This document shows positions 9,770 to 20,175 of a stretch of DNA of 64,000 nt, in pieces; positions within the stretch are counted from its first letter, which is position 1; every line of letters starts with the position of its first letter. The stretch comes from an uncultured Ruminococcus sp. Its GTDB lineage: Bacteria; Bacillota; Clostridia; Oscillospirales; CAG-272. Under the pieces are notes generated by a model. That model was not told where the DNA came from. It saw only the letters and a list, made by a program, of their open reading frames with translations, and did not search any database. Made by a program: the position numbers and the translations under genes. Where the stretch lies: the NCBI GenBank assembly GCA_964621755.1, contig CAZUPI010000002.1:4442-68441 (forward strand), written 5' to 3'.

Positions 9770-10906
9770 CTATGCTTTTTTATTTTTTGCAAGCTCGCGT
9801 AGATCGTTATAAATCAATTTATTCGAGTCCGGAACCGCGAATTGTCTGATTTTTTCACCCATCTCCGCGCGGATCTTCTCGCCCTCCGGACACAGCAGCC
9901 GTTCGACCTCGGCAATAAGAGGCTTTGCTCCATCAATAAGGTCCTTTTCCTCAAACAAAGCGGCTGCGCCGGCGTCATAGAGAACCTTTGCGTTTTTATA
10001 CTGATGATTTTCCGCAACGTTCGGAGACGGAATGAATATCGCCGGCTTGCCCGTTATCGCAAGCTCGGACACCGTCATAGCGCCCGCACGGTTGATGGTA
10101 ATGTCCGCCGCCGCCATTTTGACCGGCATATCGAAGATGTATTCGCACAGCTCGATGTTTTCAAACTTGTCGAGCCCCATTTCTTTGAACTGACTTGTGC
10201 AAAGCGCAAGCTCAATGGAACCCGTGGCGTGGATATGATAGACTTCGGGATGCTTGGCGGTAAACTCCCGCATAAGACACAGCACCGCATCGTTGACCTT
10301 TTCCGCCCCCATACTTCCGGCATATGAGAGGAGGATATATCGATATTTGTCCGGTATTCCGAGCTTTTTCCGCGCTTCTTCCTTTGACATGGACGTAAAT
10401 CCGCCCATTACGGGATTGCCTACCTGCATCAATTTTTCCTTATCGCAGGACAGCGTTTCCCCCGTCTTTGCAAAGTTGAGGTATATCCGGTCGACGTTTT
10501 TCTGAAGCATCTTCACGGCGACCCCGGCAATGGCGTTTGACTCATGCAGCGCGGTCGGGATTCCCATGGATGCAGCAGCTTTTACCACAGGCCACGAGAC
10601 ATAGCCGCCTGTTCCGACGACAATATCGGGTTTGAATTCCCGTATAATGGCGCGCGCCTTATATGGAGAGGTCAGCGCGAGATATGCCGCCTTAATGTTG
10701 GATGGAGACAGGCTCCGTTTGATGCCACGTACGTCTACATAGTATATCGGATAACCGGCCTTTGGCACGAGCTTGTTTTCAATCCCTCGCTTTGTCCCGG
10801 CATAGGCGATAACTGCATCGGGGTCGTTCATCTTGATAGTATTGGCGATAGCCAGCGCGGGATTCACATGCCCGCCCGTACCGCCTCCGGTCATAAGGAC
10901 TCTCAT
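9770..10906 (-). CDS. murG: UDP-GlcNAc:lipid I N-acetylglucosaminyltransferase MurG
   Basis: 378 aa. The N-terminal motif is MRVLMTGGGTGGHVNPALA. dcw context supports the call. Confidence 0.95.
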   Translation of the reverse strand: MRVLMTGGGTGGHVNPALAIANTIKMNDPDAVIAYAGTKRGIENKLVPKAGYPIYYVDVRGIKRSLSPSNIKAAYLALTSPYKARAIIREFKPDIVVGTGGYVSWPVVKAAASMGIPTALHESNAIAGVAVKMLQKNVDRIYLNFAKTGETLSCDKEKLMQVGNPVMGGFTSMSKEEARKKLGIPDKYRYILLSYAGSMGAEKVNDAVLCLMREFTAKHPEVYHIHATGSIELALCTSQFKEMGLDKFENIELCEYIFDMPVKMAAADITINRAGAMTVSELAITGKPAIFIPSPNVAENHQYKNAKVLYDAGAAALFEEKDLIDGAKPLIAEVERLLCPEGEKIRAEMGEKIRQFAVPDSNKLIYNDLRELAKNKKA

Positions 10907-10946
10907 AATCTATCCGTCTCCGTATATTTGAATCTGAATTTAAGAT

Positions 10947-12395
10947 TTAGGCCTTCCGCCTCAAGTCGGATTTTTTCATATAGTATTGCCTTGATATTGC
11001 GAGAAGAATTCCCATCTCAAACAGGAGCACAACCAGTGATGAGCCGCCGTATGAGAAAAACGGGAGCGTAATTCCTGTGTTCGGGAAGATATCCGCCGCA
11101 ACGCACATGTTGAAGAATGCTTGGATTCCCACATGCGTCGTGATGCCAAATGCGGTCAGCATAGTAAATTTATCCGGTGCGCGCAGGGCGATGACATATC
11201 CGCGCCACATGAACAGAAGAAACAGAACAATCAGAGCGACAGCTCCCAAAAATCCGCACTCCTCGCACCATATGGAAAAAATAAAGTCTGTATGCGCCGC
11301 AGTGAGGTAACTGAACTTCTGTCTGCTCTGTCCGAGTCCCACGCCGAACAGCCCTCCCGAACCGATGGCGTAAAGGCTCTGCGTCGTCTGATACAGCTCG
11401 TCGAGCGTATCCGCGTTTTCATCCGTGAAGGTCGTGATTCTTTTCAGCGCGTATGGATTCATAATCAGGAACGCTGTGATTGCCGCGGCACCCGCCGGAA
11501 CCGCCGTAAAGAACAGCCATTTCAGCTTGCATCCGCCGATGACGAGGATTAAAAATCCAATCATTCCGACAATGATGGTGCCGGAGAGGTGCTTTCCAAC
11601 CAGAACGAGCAGGCACGCGAGTCCGAGAATGCACACGGGATAGAATGTATTCCACCGATATCGCTGCCAAAACGACAGCTGTATATCATTCATACGCTCC
11701 TCGTATTTGCCGAAATACCAAGCAAGCATCAGCGTTATCGCGAGTTTCATGACCTCTGACGGCTGGATATTCACAAATCCAAGGGAAATCCAACGTTTCG
11801 TAACGCCCTCTTCCGTACCGATAAACAGAACGGCGATGAGGAGCACCACTGCAATGACATAGGACGCAATCGGCGCCCAGGAGCGATACCATTTCATTGG
11901 CACAAAAATCATCAGCGTCATCAGCCCGAGGCCAATCAGCACAAACGTAATCTGATTGACGATATACGCCATGCTGTTTCCCTCTTCTTTGACGGCGAGG
12001 GGATAGCTTGCGCTGAATACTGTAATACTGCCAAGGGCAACGAGGATGAGGATAATGGCGAGCATCACCCCGTCAATTCCGCCGCGCACCCTGACGATAT
12101 CCTTCTGCCACTCCGCCTCACTTTTTGCTGCCTTGCGTCGTTTTGCCTCCGTCTTGACGAGCTTGTTTTGCTGCTTTGCGATGCGGCGGTCGTTCGTACT
12201 TTCCACCGCAGTTGAGGGATTCCGGCGTCCCGGTGTTCGAACTGCGCCTGAGGAATAAATCTGTGCACCGCCGTTTTTCGTACCTGCACGCGGACGTGCG
12301 GAAGAAGATGACTTCGAGGTACGCACGATATTTTCCGGTCTGCGGCATGCGTGGCTGACTCGGTTTTCGTTTCCGTTGTAATCATTCAAATTCAC
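10947..12395 (-). CDS. ftsW: SEDS-family peptidoglycan polymerase FtsW/SpoVE with an N-terminal basic tail
   Basis: 482 aa. It has about 10 TM helices and the C-terminal motif PFFSYGGSSL. The GGAGG SD fits the in-frame TTG at 12389 better than the GVG-type start at 12395, so the start is uncertain by 2 codons. Confidence 0.9.
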   Translation of the reverse strand: MNLNDYNGNENRVSHACRRPENIVRTSKSSSSARPRAGTKNGGAQIYSSGAVRTPGRRNPSTAVESTNDRRIAKQQNKLVKTEAKRRKAAKSEAEWQKDIVRVRGGIDGVMLAIILILVALGSITVFSASYPLAVKEEGNSMAYIVNQITFVLIGLGLMTLMIFVPMKWYRSWAPIASYVIAVVLLIAVLFIGTEEGVTKRWISLGFVNIQPSEVMKLAITLMLAWYFGKYEERMNDIQLSFWQRYRWNTFYPVCILGLACLLVLVGKHLSGTIIVGMIGFLILVIGGCKLKWLFFTAVPAGAAAITAFLIMNPYALKRITTFTDENADTLDELYQTTQSLYAIGSGGLFGVGLGQSRQKFSYLTAAHTDFIFSIWCEECGFLGAVALIVLFLLFMWRGYVIALRAPDKFTMLTAFGITTHVGIQAFFNMCVAADIFPNTGITLPFFSYGGSSLVVLLFEMGILLAISRQYYMKKSDLRRKA

Positions 12396-12422
12396 GCACC
12401 TCCGTATGTTGATACCGCAGCA

Positions 12423-13433
12423 TTATTTTTGTAATCCGAACAGGATGGACAGGACCGCCGCAATGACGGTCACAACGGACGCCACGACGACGATTTTGAT
12501 TTCCGACCATCCGCATTTTTCAAAGTGATGGTGAATCGGACTCATCTTAAAGAGCCTCTTCCCGTGCGTCAGCTTAAAGTAGCCGACCTGTAAAATCACC
12601 GATGCCGTCTCGATAACATAAATGATACCGAACACCAGAACGAGAAGCGGATTGTTTATCATGAACGCGCCCCCGACGACAAGCGCGCCGAGAAAGAGCG
12701 AACCGGTATCTCCCATAAACACGCGCGCGGGATAGAAATTGTAGACCAGAAATCCGGCACACGCGCCGACCGTCACCGCGCCGAGAAGAAGCGTAGCTCC
12801 GTCCGGTTCCGCGAGGCCGTTCAGATATCCGACTGCGGTGAAGAACAGACCGACGATCAGCGTCACACTTGCGCACAAGCCGTCGATGCCATCCGTAAGA
12901 TTTACCGCGTTATCGATACCGGTGAGCAGAATCATCGCCACCGCGTAATACAGGATACCGAAGTCGATCTTGACTGCAAAAAACGGTATGTACACCGTCG
13001 TGTCAATGCCGCAGACGAGAGACATGCCAAGCAAATACAGAGCGGCAGCAATCACTTGTAAGATGAATTTCTGCGGCGCCGTAAGCCCTTCGTTCTGCTT
13101 TTTCTTGAGCTTCGCGGAGTCATCCACACATCCAATCAATCCGCCGCATACGCCGAGCGCCAATGTGAACATAAACGGCAGCGTCGAACGAATTCCATCA
13201 ATGATAGCCAGATAGACCGCTCCGCAAAGCCCGACGAGCACCGCCGCGGCGATAAAGGCAAGCCCGCCCATGGTCGGCGTACCCTCTTTGCTCTTATGCC
13301 ACCGCGGACCGATTTCCAGGATCCTCTGCCCCATCTTATGGCTTTTCAGCGCCGGAATCAACTTTCTCGAAATAAGCACGGTAATCATGAAGGTCATCAG
13401 CACCGCGATGATATACATTACGTTATAATTCAT
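12423..13433 (-). CDS. mraY: Phospho-N-acetylmuramoyl-pentapeptide transferase MraY
   Basis: A polytopic protein with MraY motifs (GPRWHKSKEGTPTMGG, NLTDGIDGL, FMGDTGS). The ORF track begins at a TTG (13448); the ATG at 13433 (MNYNVMYII) is more plausible. Confidence 0.95.
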   Translation of the reverse strand: MNYNVMYIIAVLMTFMITVLISRKLIPALKSHKMGQRILEIGPRWHKSKEGTPTMGGLAFIAAAVLVGLCGAVYLAIIDGIRSTLPFMFTLALGVCGGLIGCVDDSAKLKKKQNEGLTAPQKFILQVIAAALYLLGMSLVCGIDTTVYIPFFAVKIDFGILYYAVAMILLTGIDNAVNLTDGIDGLCASVTLIVGLFFTAVGYLNGLAEPDGATLLLGAVTVGACAGFLVYNFYPARVFMGDTGSLFLGALVVGGAFMINNPLLVLVFGIIYVIETASVILQVGYFKLTHGKRLFKMSPIHHHFEKCGWSEIKIVVVASVVTVIAAVLSILFGLQK

Positions 13434-13492
13434 GTTTTTTGCACCCAAATTTTGATTTTCAATTTATGACCGCTCGCTTGGAGAGACGCACC

Positions 13493-14953
13493 TCATCCGC
13501 GCCTTTTTTTCGTTTTGCGCTTTTTCATGCACTCTATCACGCGCTCCGCCTGCACTGCACGGCTCGCCTTTACGAGGAGGACGTCCCCGGGGCTGAGCGT
13601 CTGGAGAATCATATTCGCCATCCCCTGCGCGTCACGCGTGTCGACACAGACGAACACGTTCTCCGCGCGAATCCCCTTCTTGATTGCCGCCTCCGCAACG
13701 ATGTCCGCCATTTGCCCGTAGCAGAACAGCTTCTGTACCTGCATCTGTGCAGCATACTGTCCGAGCTGGTCGTGCATCAGGCGGGAGTACTCGCCAAGCT
13801 CCAGCATATCGCCGAGGAGAGCCGCAGAACGGGTATTTTTTCTTGCCGCCATGGTGACAAGGACGTCAATTGCCGCGCGCATAGACTCCGGACTTGCGTT
13901 GTAGCAGTCGTCAATCACCGTGATGCCGCCCACCTCGTACACATTCTGACGCATATCCGCGCTCACAAATGACTTCATGCCGCGCCGGATTTGCTCGTCG
14001 TTCATCCCGAACATAACCCCTATCGCATAGGCTGCGAGCGAGTTATAGACGTTGTGCTTCCCCAGCGCGGGGACTTCCACATTGGTGATTGCTTTGTTGG
14101 AATATATCAGGTCGTATACAATCCCGTCGATTTTCTGCCGGATGTTCACCGCGCGGAAATCGCCGTTCCGGTTGTATACGCTCATTATCTTCGGTTTCGG
14201 CTCGAGCTTTTCATACTGCTCGAATAGGAGAGGTTCGTCGGCATTGAGAAGGAGAATGCCGTCTTTCTTGAGTCCGAGTCGGATTTCCATCTTCGCACGG
14301 CAAATATTCTCACGTGTGCCGAGGGAAGCAAGGTGCGACGTGCCGATGTTCGTGACCACTGCGATATCCGGACGCACGATTTTCGTCATATATTCGATTT
14401 CCCCGAGGGCGCTCATGCCCATTTCGAGCACCGCCACCTTGTCATCCGGCGCGATTCCGAAGATGGTCAGCGGCACTCCCAATTCGTTGTTCAGGTTGCC
14501 CTGCGTCTTGTGGGTTTTGAACGCTGCGGATGCCACTGAATACACGAATTCCTTTGTCGTTGTTTTGCCGACGCTTCCGGTAATGGCGATGAACTTTGCG
14601 TTTGAGAAATCACGGTAGTATGAGGCAAGATTTCCGAGTGCCTTTATGGTATCCGGAACAATCACTGCGCAGAACGGTTTTTCCGCCGCCATTTTCTTTG
14701 CCTCCTCTGGGACATGGTTGCAGAGGAAGCAGGTCGAACCGGATTCCAGCGCTTCGGGAATAAAGTTATTTCCATCCGCGCGCTGTCCCTTTATCGCACA
14801 GAAAATCACGCCCTCTCCGCCTTCCTTCGAGTTGGTGGAAATGAATTTGTTCTCGTGGTCGGCGGAACTATCGCCGTATATCTCAAGAGTACCGCCCACC
14901 ACATCTGCAATCTCGCGGACTGTCAGTGTTTTAAGTTTCAGTTCAACGCTCAT
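13493..14953 (-). CDS. murF: UDP-MurNAc-tripeptide:D-Ala-D-Ala ligase MurF
   Basis: The Mur ligase P-loop is ITGSVGKTTTKE. The ATG at 14953 (MSVELKL) has the SD GGGAGG 5 nt upstream. The track's upstream extension to 14983 lacks an SD. Confidence 0.93.
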   Translation of the reverse strand: MSVELKLKTLTVREIADVVGGTLEIYGDSSADHENKFISTNSKEGGEGVIFCAIKGQRADGNNFIPEALESGSTCFLCNHVPEEAKKMAAEKPFCAVIVPDTIKALGNLASYYRDFSNAKFIAITGSVGKTTTKEFVYSVASAAFKTHKTQGNLNNELGVPLTIFGIAPDDKVAVLEMGMSALGEIEYMTKIVRPDIAVVTNIGTSHLASLGTRENICRAKMEIRLGLKKDGILLLNADEPLLFEQYEKLEPKPKIMSVYNRNGDFRAVNIRQKIDGIVYDLIYSNKAITNVEVPALGKHNVYNSLAAYAIGVMFGMNDEQIRRGMKSFVSADMRQNVYEVGGITVIDDCYNASPESMRAAIDVLVTMAARKNTRSAALLGDMLELGEYSRLMHDQLGQYAAQMQVQKLFCYGQMADIVAEAAIKKGIRAENVFVCVDTRDAQGMANMILQTLSPGDVLLVKASRAVQAERVIECMKKRKTKKRRG

Positions 14954-15086
14954 TTGTACCTCCCAATCGTGGAATCCTTCCACCGGGGCGCGCCCCGACC
15001 CTGTCAGCGTCTATCCCGTCTCCCTGACGTGATAACAGGGTGTCTCTATATTTATGTTGTCTTTTTTGCTTTTGTTTAAAACGGAT

Positions 15087-16592
15087 TTACCCGTACTTTT
15101 TCTCCGCCGCCGCAAGGACCTCCGCTTCTTCATCAAACGGATGTCGGCCGTCGGCGGTGATTTCGTATTTTTCATGACCTTTTCCGGCGAGGAGTATCAA
15201 ATCCCCCTCCCGTGCAGTTTCGACGGCGTATCTTATCGCCTCGCGTCTGTCGGGAATCACCGTGTAGGGCTTTGTTTTGTCGATGCCGCACAGGATTTCG
15301 CCAATAATTGCATTTGGGTCTTCGCTTCTCGGATTATCGCTTGTCACGATAGTAAAATCGGCGTACCGCTGTGCCGCCTGCGCCATTTTCGGGCGCTTCG
15401 TCCGGTCACGGTCTCCGCCGCACCCGAAAAGCACAATCAGCCTGCCTTTTTTGATTTCCGACAAGGTACTGAGAACCGCAGCAAGGGAATCCGGCGTATG
15501 CGCGTAATCGATGAACACGTCTACCGGAACGACCGTGTTCTGCGGGAACTGCACTTTATAAAGCCGCCCGTTCACACCGTCCATACTGGCAAGCGCTTCC
15601 TTGACCGTCATCGGTTCAACGCCGATTTGTATCGCGCAAGCCGCCGCCTCCATGGTGTTATAAACGGAATGCCTGCCGATTTGCGGGGTTCTTATTCGGA
15701 ATACCGCCTCATCCGAGAAGTAAACATATTCAATTCCGTCCGCACCCAGCGACACATACCGCAGAGCGCACACGTCCGATTCCGCCACCCGTCCGGGATT
15801 GGCAGAACATGTGAGTATCGGCTTTTGCGGGAACATCATCGGTATCCGGCTCATATACGCGTCGTCAAGATTTATGATTCCGAGTCTCGCGCTTTCCATG
15901 AGCCGTGCTTTTGCCGCGAAATAATTTTCCATGGTTCCGTGGCAATCGAGATGTTCCGGTGAAAGGTTCGTAAATATCGCGGCGTCAGGCGATATTGCAT
16001 CGGTTTTATGAAGCGCCAACGCCTGCGACGATGCTTCATAAATGAGCGTGTCGCAGCCGCGTTTCTTCATCTCCGCTGCCGCGCCGAAGAAGTATTCCGG
16101 GTCCGGCGTCGTCATGGCTCCGGCAATGTCAGAGACCGACGAACCGCCGTGTGTACCGAGGTCAAGCGGCTCCTCATCGGCAAGTGCGGATATCGTGGTG
16201 ATGACCCCCACGGTTCTCCCTGCCGCACGGAGAATGTGCCGCAGAAGGAACGATACTGAGGTTTTTCCCGCCGTCCCGGTGACCGCGACTTTGGTCATAC
16301 CATCGGTCGGCCGGCCCATGAAATTGTTCCAGCTGACCGACTCCACGCGTCTGGTCGAATCGGTCAGCAGCATGTTTTCCACACCGCCCACCGGTTCTTC
16401 TCCAATCACGCAGACTGCGCCGCGCTCGACCGCATCCTTCGCATAAGCGTGACCGTCGTGCCGCGTACCGCGGTGGCAAAGGAACAAATCCCCCGGTTTC
16501 ACCCGCCTTGAGTCCGACGCAATCCCACGAATCTCCAAATCGGGGACATCGCCCGTGATTCCCGTATCTCTGAGAACCTCACACAGCTTCAT
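15087..16592 (-). CDS. murE: UDP-MurNAc-L-Ala-D-Glu:meso-DAP ligase MurE
   Basis: The P-loop is VTGTAGKTSVSF. The DNPRSEDP (DNPR) motif is typical of DAP-adding MurE. The ATG at 16592 (MKLCEVL) follows a GGAGGAG SD. The track's extension to 16655 is unlikely. Confidence 0.95.
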   Translation of the reverse strand: MKLCEVLRDTGITGDVPDLEIRGIASDSRRVKPGDLFLCHRGTRHDGHAYAKDAVERGAVCVIGEEPVGGVENMLLTDSTRRVESVSWNNFMGRPTDGMTKVAVTGTAGKTSVSFLLRHILRAAGRTVGVITTISALADEEPLDLGTHGGSSVSDIAGAMTTPDPEYFFGAAAEMKKRGCDTLIYEASSQALALHKTDAISPDAAIFTNLSPEHLDCHGTMENYFAAKARLMESARLGIINLDDAYMSRIPMMFPQKPILTCSANPGRVAESDVCALRYVSLGADGIEYVYFSDEAVFRIRTPQIGRHSVYNTMEAAACAIQIGVEPMTVKEALASMDGVNGRLYKVQFPQNTVVPVDVFIDYAHTPDSLAAVLSTLSEIKKGRLIVLFGCGGDRDRTKRPKMAQAAQRYADFTIVTSDNPRSEDPNAIIGEILCGIDKTKPYTVIPDRREAIRYAVETAREGDLILLAGKGHEKYEITADGRHPFDEEAEVLAAAEKKYG

Positions 16593-16672
16593 AGAATCTC
16601 CTCCGAAAATCAAAATAAAATGACAAATCTTTGGAAATCCTATCTTTTCAGCCAAGCATACTTTTGTTTGTA

Positions 16673-19018
16673 TCAGTCTGTTCCGTCGAGGTGTCTCAAC
16701 TCGATCTGAACGATTGTACCTCTTGCCACGTACGTTCCGGCAACGGGGTATTGGCTGATTACCGTTGCGGTCGTACCATTAGTCGAGCCTGAGAATGTCA
16801 CGTTGAGCCCCGCGGCAATAGCGATGTTGTTCGCGTTGTACGCATTCATACCCAAGAGGTCGGGGACTTCAACGTCAGCTTGCGGCGTACTGTCGCCGGT
16901 GTACAGCAGGAGCAGTCCGGTGTCGCTCGAAATCGCCGAACCGGATTCCGGTATCTGCGCTGTGATGGTATCGCCGTTTCCGATTATCTCGTAATCGAAT
17001 TCGCGCCATTCGAGGTCAGCTATCGCGTTCTCGACTGTCGCACCGACGTAGTTTGACAGATTTATGTCAAGTTTCGCAAGCTCTTCTGTTGTGTATTGCG
17101 GCTCCACTCCAATGTACGGCAGAACATACGCCATCAGGTTGGCGATGTAAGGAGCCGCCACCGTACTTCCGTATACCGCGCTTTTCAGCGGCTTATCCAC
17201 TATAATAATCGCCGAGATTTGCGGGTCGTCAGCCGGGGCGTATGCCACAGTTGAGCCCACACGGTACGGCGTATTGCCGAATTCGTCGTATTCGTCTCTC
17301 TTTTCGGACGTACCGGTCTTTGCCGCGATGCGGTAGCCCTGTACGTATGCGTTTTTCGCGCCGCCGTCTGTTGCGACGCCTTCTTCCAGAATGTTGGTAA
17401 TTGTCTCGCAAGTCTCGGTGCTTACGACCTGTCTGACCTGCTCCGTTTCAAAGGACTGTATTACGTTTCCGTCATCGTCCACTATTTCCTTCAGCAGATG
17501 CGGTGTGACAAGATATCCGCCGTTTGCGACCGCTGATACTCCACGAATCTGCTGAATGGCTGTCGTTTTGAAGGTCTGCCCGAACGAATATACCGCGAGC
17601 GACACAGTAGAGAAATTCTCGTACGACGCGTAAATTCCGCTCACCTCTCCGGGCAGGTCGATGCCGGTCTTATCCATGTATCCGAATGCGTCGAAGTACT
17701 TGTAAAAGCGTTCTTTACCGACGCGCAGCGCGACGGTCATCAATATCGGGTTGCACGACTGCTGCAGACCGCGCCGGAAAGTGACGCTTCCATGACCGGT
17801 CGTCACGTGGCAGCTTATCGGTCTGGACCAGCCTTCCACCACAAGGCTTCCGGAGCAGTAAAACATTTCCTCTGTCTCGACTTCCTTTTCCTCAAGAGCC
17901 ATCGCGGTGGTGATGATTTTGAAGGTCGAACCGGGCTCATAGGTTTCGACGATAGCCTTGTTGTTCCACATCGAGTACATGAGTTCGGTGTATTTATTCT
18001 TGTATTCTTCCGAGTCAGGGTCAAGCCCAAGGGAATCAAGCTGTTCCTGTGAATACGCGTCGATGGTATACGGGTCATTCAAATCGAAGGACGGGTAAGT
18101 AGCCATCGCGAGAATCGCTCCCGTGTTGACGTCCATCACAATGCCGGTCACACGGTTTGCGGCGCCGGACTCCCAGAAGGTCTTTTCTAGCTGATTTTCA
18201 AGCTCATACTGTATGTAAATGTCGATTGTCGTGACAATGTTGTATCCGTTGTCGGCTTCAATGTACCGTTCGTACTCAAACGGCATATCCTGATTGCGTC
18301 CATCCTGCGCAAGGACATACTTACCGGATGTTCCCTCCAGAATGTTGTTGTAGTAAGCCTCCAAGCCGTAGATGCCGACGCCGTCGGAGTTGGTAAAGCC
18401 GATAACGTGGCACGCAAGGTCTCCCATTGGATAATATCGCTTTGAGGATGCGATGAAGTATATCTGCTTTTTAAGTCCGAATTGTGCGATAAAGTCCTCA
18501 ATCTTCTCCGCAAGGTCCGTTTCGACGTTATTTTTGACGACCTCATACATGCGCTTTTCCTTTTTGCACTTTTCAAGAATCGTCGCGCTGTCAACCTCGA
18601 GGTATTTTGACAGAACTTCAGAAATCATCTCATCCAGCTTATCGCCGCGATAAGTGATACCATAGTCGATATCGTCGAATATATAATACACGTCATTTTC
18701 TGCGTCGTCATCGGAATTGGCCTTCTCGTTCGCCTCCATCATATCAATGATATCTGCCGGAGAGAGAATGACGTTATAAACGGTTTTATTCGTAGCGAGG
18801 ATGTTGCCGTTGGTATCGGTAATCGTTCCGCGCTCGGGCGTGGTCTCCGTCTGGTAGGTGATTTGATTCAGCACTTTTGACTGGTAGTAGTCGTACATCT
18901 TCAGCTGATACTCCGCGAGACGCCCGATAATATAGGCGGCAAGCGCCACGAAGAGAATGAGCACAACAATCAGCTTCACCGACGTAGCCTTATCGGTTCT
19001 ATTTTTTATCCGGTTCAT
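16673..19018 (-). CDS. Class B penicillin-binding protein (FtsI/SpoVD-type) with C-terminal PASTA repeats
   Basis: 781 aa. It has an N-terminal TM helix and the transpeptidase motifs SxxK (GSTFK), SxN (QQSCNP) and KTG (AAKTGTS). Two PASTA-like repeats sit at the C-terminus. Confidence 0.93.
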   Translation of the reverse strand: MNRIKNRTDKATSVKLIVVLILFVALAAYIIGRLAEYQLKMYDYYQSKVLNQITYQTETTPERGTITDTNGNILATNKTVYNVILSPADIIDMMEANEKANSDDDAENDVYYIFDDIDYGITYRGDKLDEMISEVLSKYLEVDSATILEKCKKEKRMYEVVKNNVETDLAEKIEDFIAQFGLKKQIYFIASSKRYYPMGDLACHVIGFTNSDGVGIYGLEAYYNNILEGTSGKYVLAQDGRNQDMPFEYERYIEADNGYNIVTTIDIYIQYELENQLEKTFWESGAANRVTGIVMDVNTGAILAMATYPSFDLNDPYTIDAYSQEQLDSLGLDPDSEEYKNKYTELMYSMWNNKAIVETYEPGSTFKIITTAMALEEKEVETEEMFYCSGSLVVEGWSRPISCHVTTGHGSVTFRRGLQQSCNPILMTVALRVGKERFYKYFDAFGYMDKTGIDLPGEVSGIYASYENFSTVSLAVYSFGQTFKTTAIQQIRGVSAVANGGYLVTPHLLKEIVDDDGNVIQSFETEQVRQVVSTETCETITNILEEGVATDGGAKNAYVQGYRIAAKTGTSEKRDEYDEFGNTPYRVGSTVAYAPADDPQISAIIIVDKPLKSAVYGSTVAAPYIANLMAYVLPYIGVEPQYTTEELAKLDINLSNYVGATVENAIADLEWREFDYEIIGNGDTITAQIPESGSAISSDTGLLLLYTGDSTPQADVEVPDLLGMNAYNANNIAIAAGLNVTFSGSTNGTTATVISQYPVAGTYVARGTIVQIELRHLDGTD

Positions 19019-19253
19019 AGAAAGTAACCCTCAGTATCTTTCTGTGTCCAAGTGTAAGCGGGACGGAAGAAACTTTTGCAAAAGCCCTGTCCAAGGCTCA
19101 CACTCTCCATCCATGGGAATTCCGTATTTGGCGAGTAACTCCTGATTTGCGAGTGTCCTGTAGAAAGTATATGGATGAACTCGCCGATATATTCTGAAAA
19201 CTAACGGGCTGTCCCGCTGCCCCGCGAAACAGTCCCGCAAAATCGTTGGTGTG

Positions 19254-20150
19254 TTATCTGAAATAGTCGAACAAGCTGTCAAGAGAAGGCCAGATGGAAG
19301 AGAGCAGTACGCCGGAAACACCTGACGCTGTGCTGCCGTCTGCCTCCTCATTCTCGTCGATAATGTCAATTCGTTCACCGTCTGAGAGGGACAGATACCA
19401 GCGCTGTACTACATCCTCTTTTACCATTCCAAGCTCATCCGTTGCAATCTGCTCTATCACACGAATATCGTTTTTTTCTTCAAGTTCAAGCTCAAGGTCA
19501 GCGGCACGGTCGCGCAGTGCTGCAAGGTCATTTTCAAGCTGTGATATTTCACTCGTCGTCCGATATATCTCTGAAAAGCTCAACACAATACTCATTATCA
19601 TCATTGTGCCGATTACAAGAAATACCACAAACATTGGGGTCACCCGTCTGCCTACTGCTTTTACTTCGGTGATTTCCTCCGCCGCGTACCGCACCTGAGC
19701 CTGTTTAGGAATTTGCTTTTCTCTTGGCGCCTTTTTTTTCTGATTTGCCGCCGCGCCCGCGGCCTTCTGTCTTACGCTCGCGCTGCCCGAACCCGAATTC
19801 GAACGCCCGTCCGCAGCGTTTCTCTGCCCATACTGTATTCCCTGCCGCTCCGGCGTTTTCCTGTTCTGAGTGTGACTGCTGCCGAGCGCCGAACGGCTTC
19901 GCGGATTCTGCTGATATACATTTTCTTGTCTCGCGCCGCTTTGAGCGAAGGTCTGTCTTCTCGCGCTCATGCTGTCGTGGAAGGCAAGCTCGGAGCAGTT
20001 GACCGACGGGTCCTTCCCCATCTGCGCACGCTTCATCAGCTCTGAAGTCGGGGAAGCCTGCATGCCACTGATTGCAGCTCCGCGTCCACGGAACCGGCTT
20101 TTCATTTTTTCAGCCAGCATGTAGTCGCTGGGTACATTACCGTACATCAT
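19254..20150 (-). CDS. ftsL: FtsL/DivIC-type septum protein (single TM plus coiled coil) with a 170-aa low-complexity N-terminal tail
   Basis: 298 aa. The TM helix is MFVVFLVIGTMMIMSIVLSF. A coiled coil follows: SQLENDLAALRDRAADLELELEEKNDIRVIEQIA. The SD GGAGGAAG lies 5 nt upstream of the ATG. It sits between rsmH and the PBP gene. Confidence 0.6.
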   Translation of the reverse strand: MMYGNVPSDYMLAEKMKSRFRGRGAAISGMQASPTSELMKRAQMGKDPSVNCSELAFHDSMSARRQTFAQSGARQENVYQQNPRSRSALGSSHTQNRKTPERQGIQYGQRNAADGRSNSGSGSASVRQKAAGAAANQKKKAPREKQIPKQAQVRYAAEEITEVKAVGRRVTPMFVVFLVIGTMMIMSIVLSFSEIYRTTSEISQLENDLAALRDRAADLELELEEKNDIRVIEQIATDELGMVKEDVVQRWYLSLSDGERIDIIDENEEADGSTASGVSGVLLSSIWPSLDSLFDYFR

Positions 20151-20175
20151 GACTTCCTCCTATCTCGCTGGAATT

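Noticed and set aside
19031-19378. A 115-aa minus-strand ORF spanning the ftsL 3' end and the ftsL-PBP gap.
   Set aside because: It overlaps ftsL in another frame, has no SD and has no recognisable domain. The gap is treated as untranslated (see findings).
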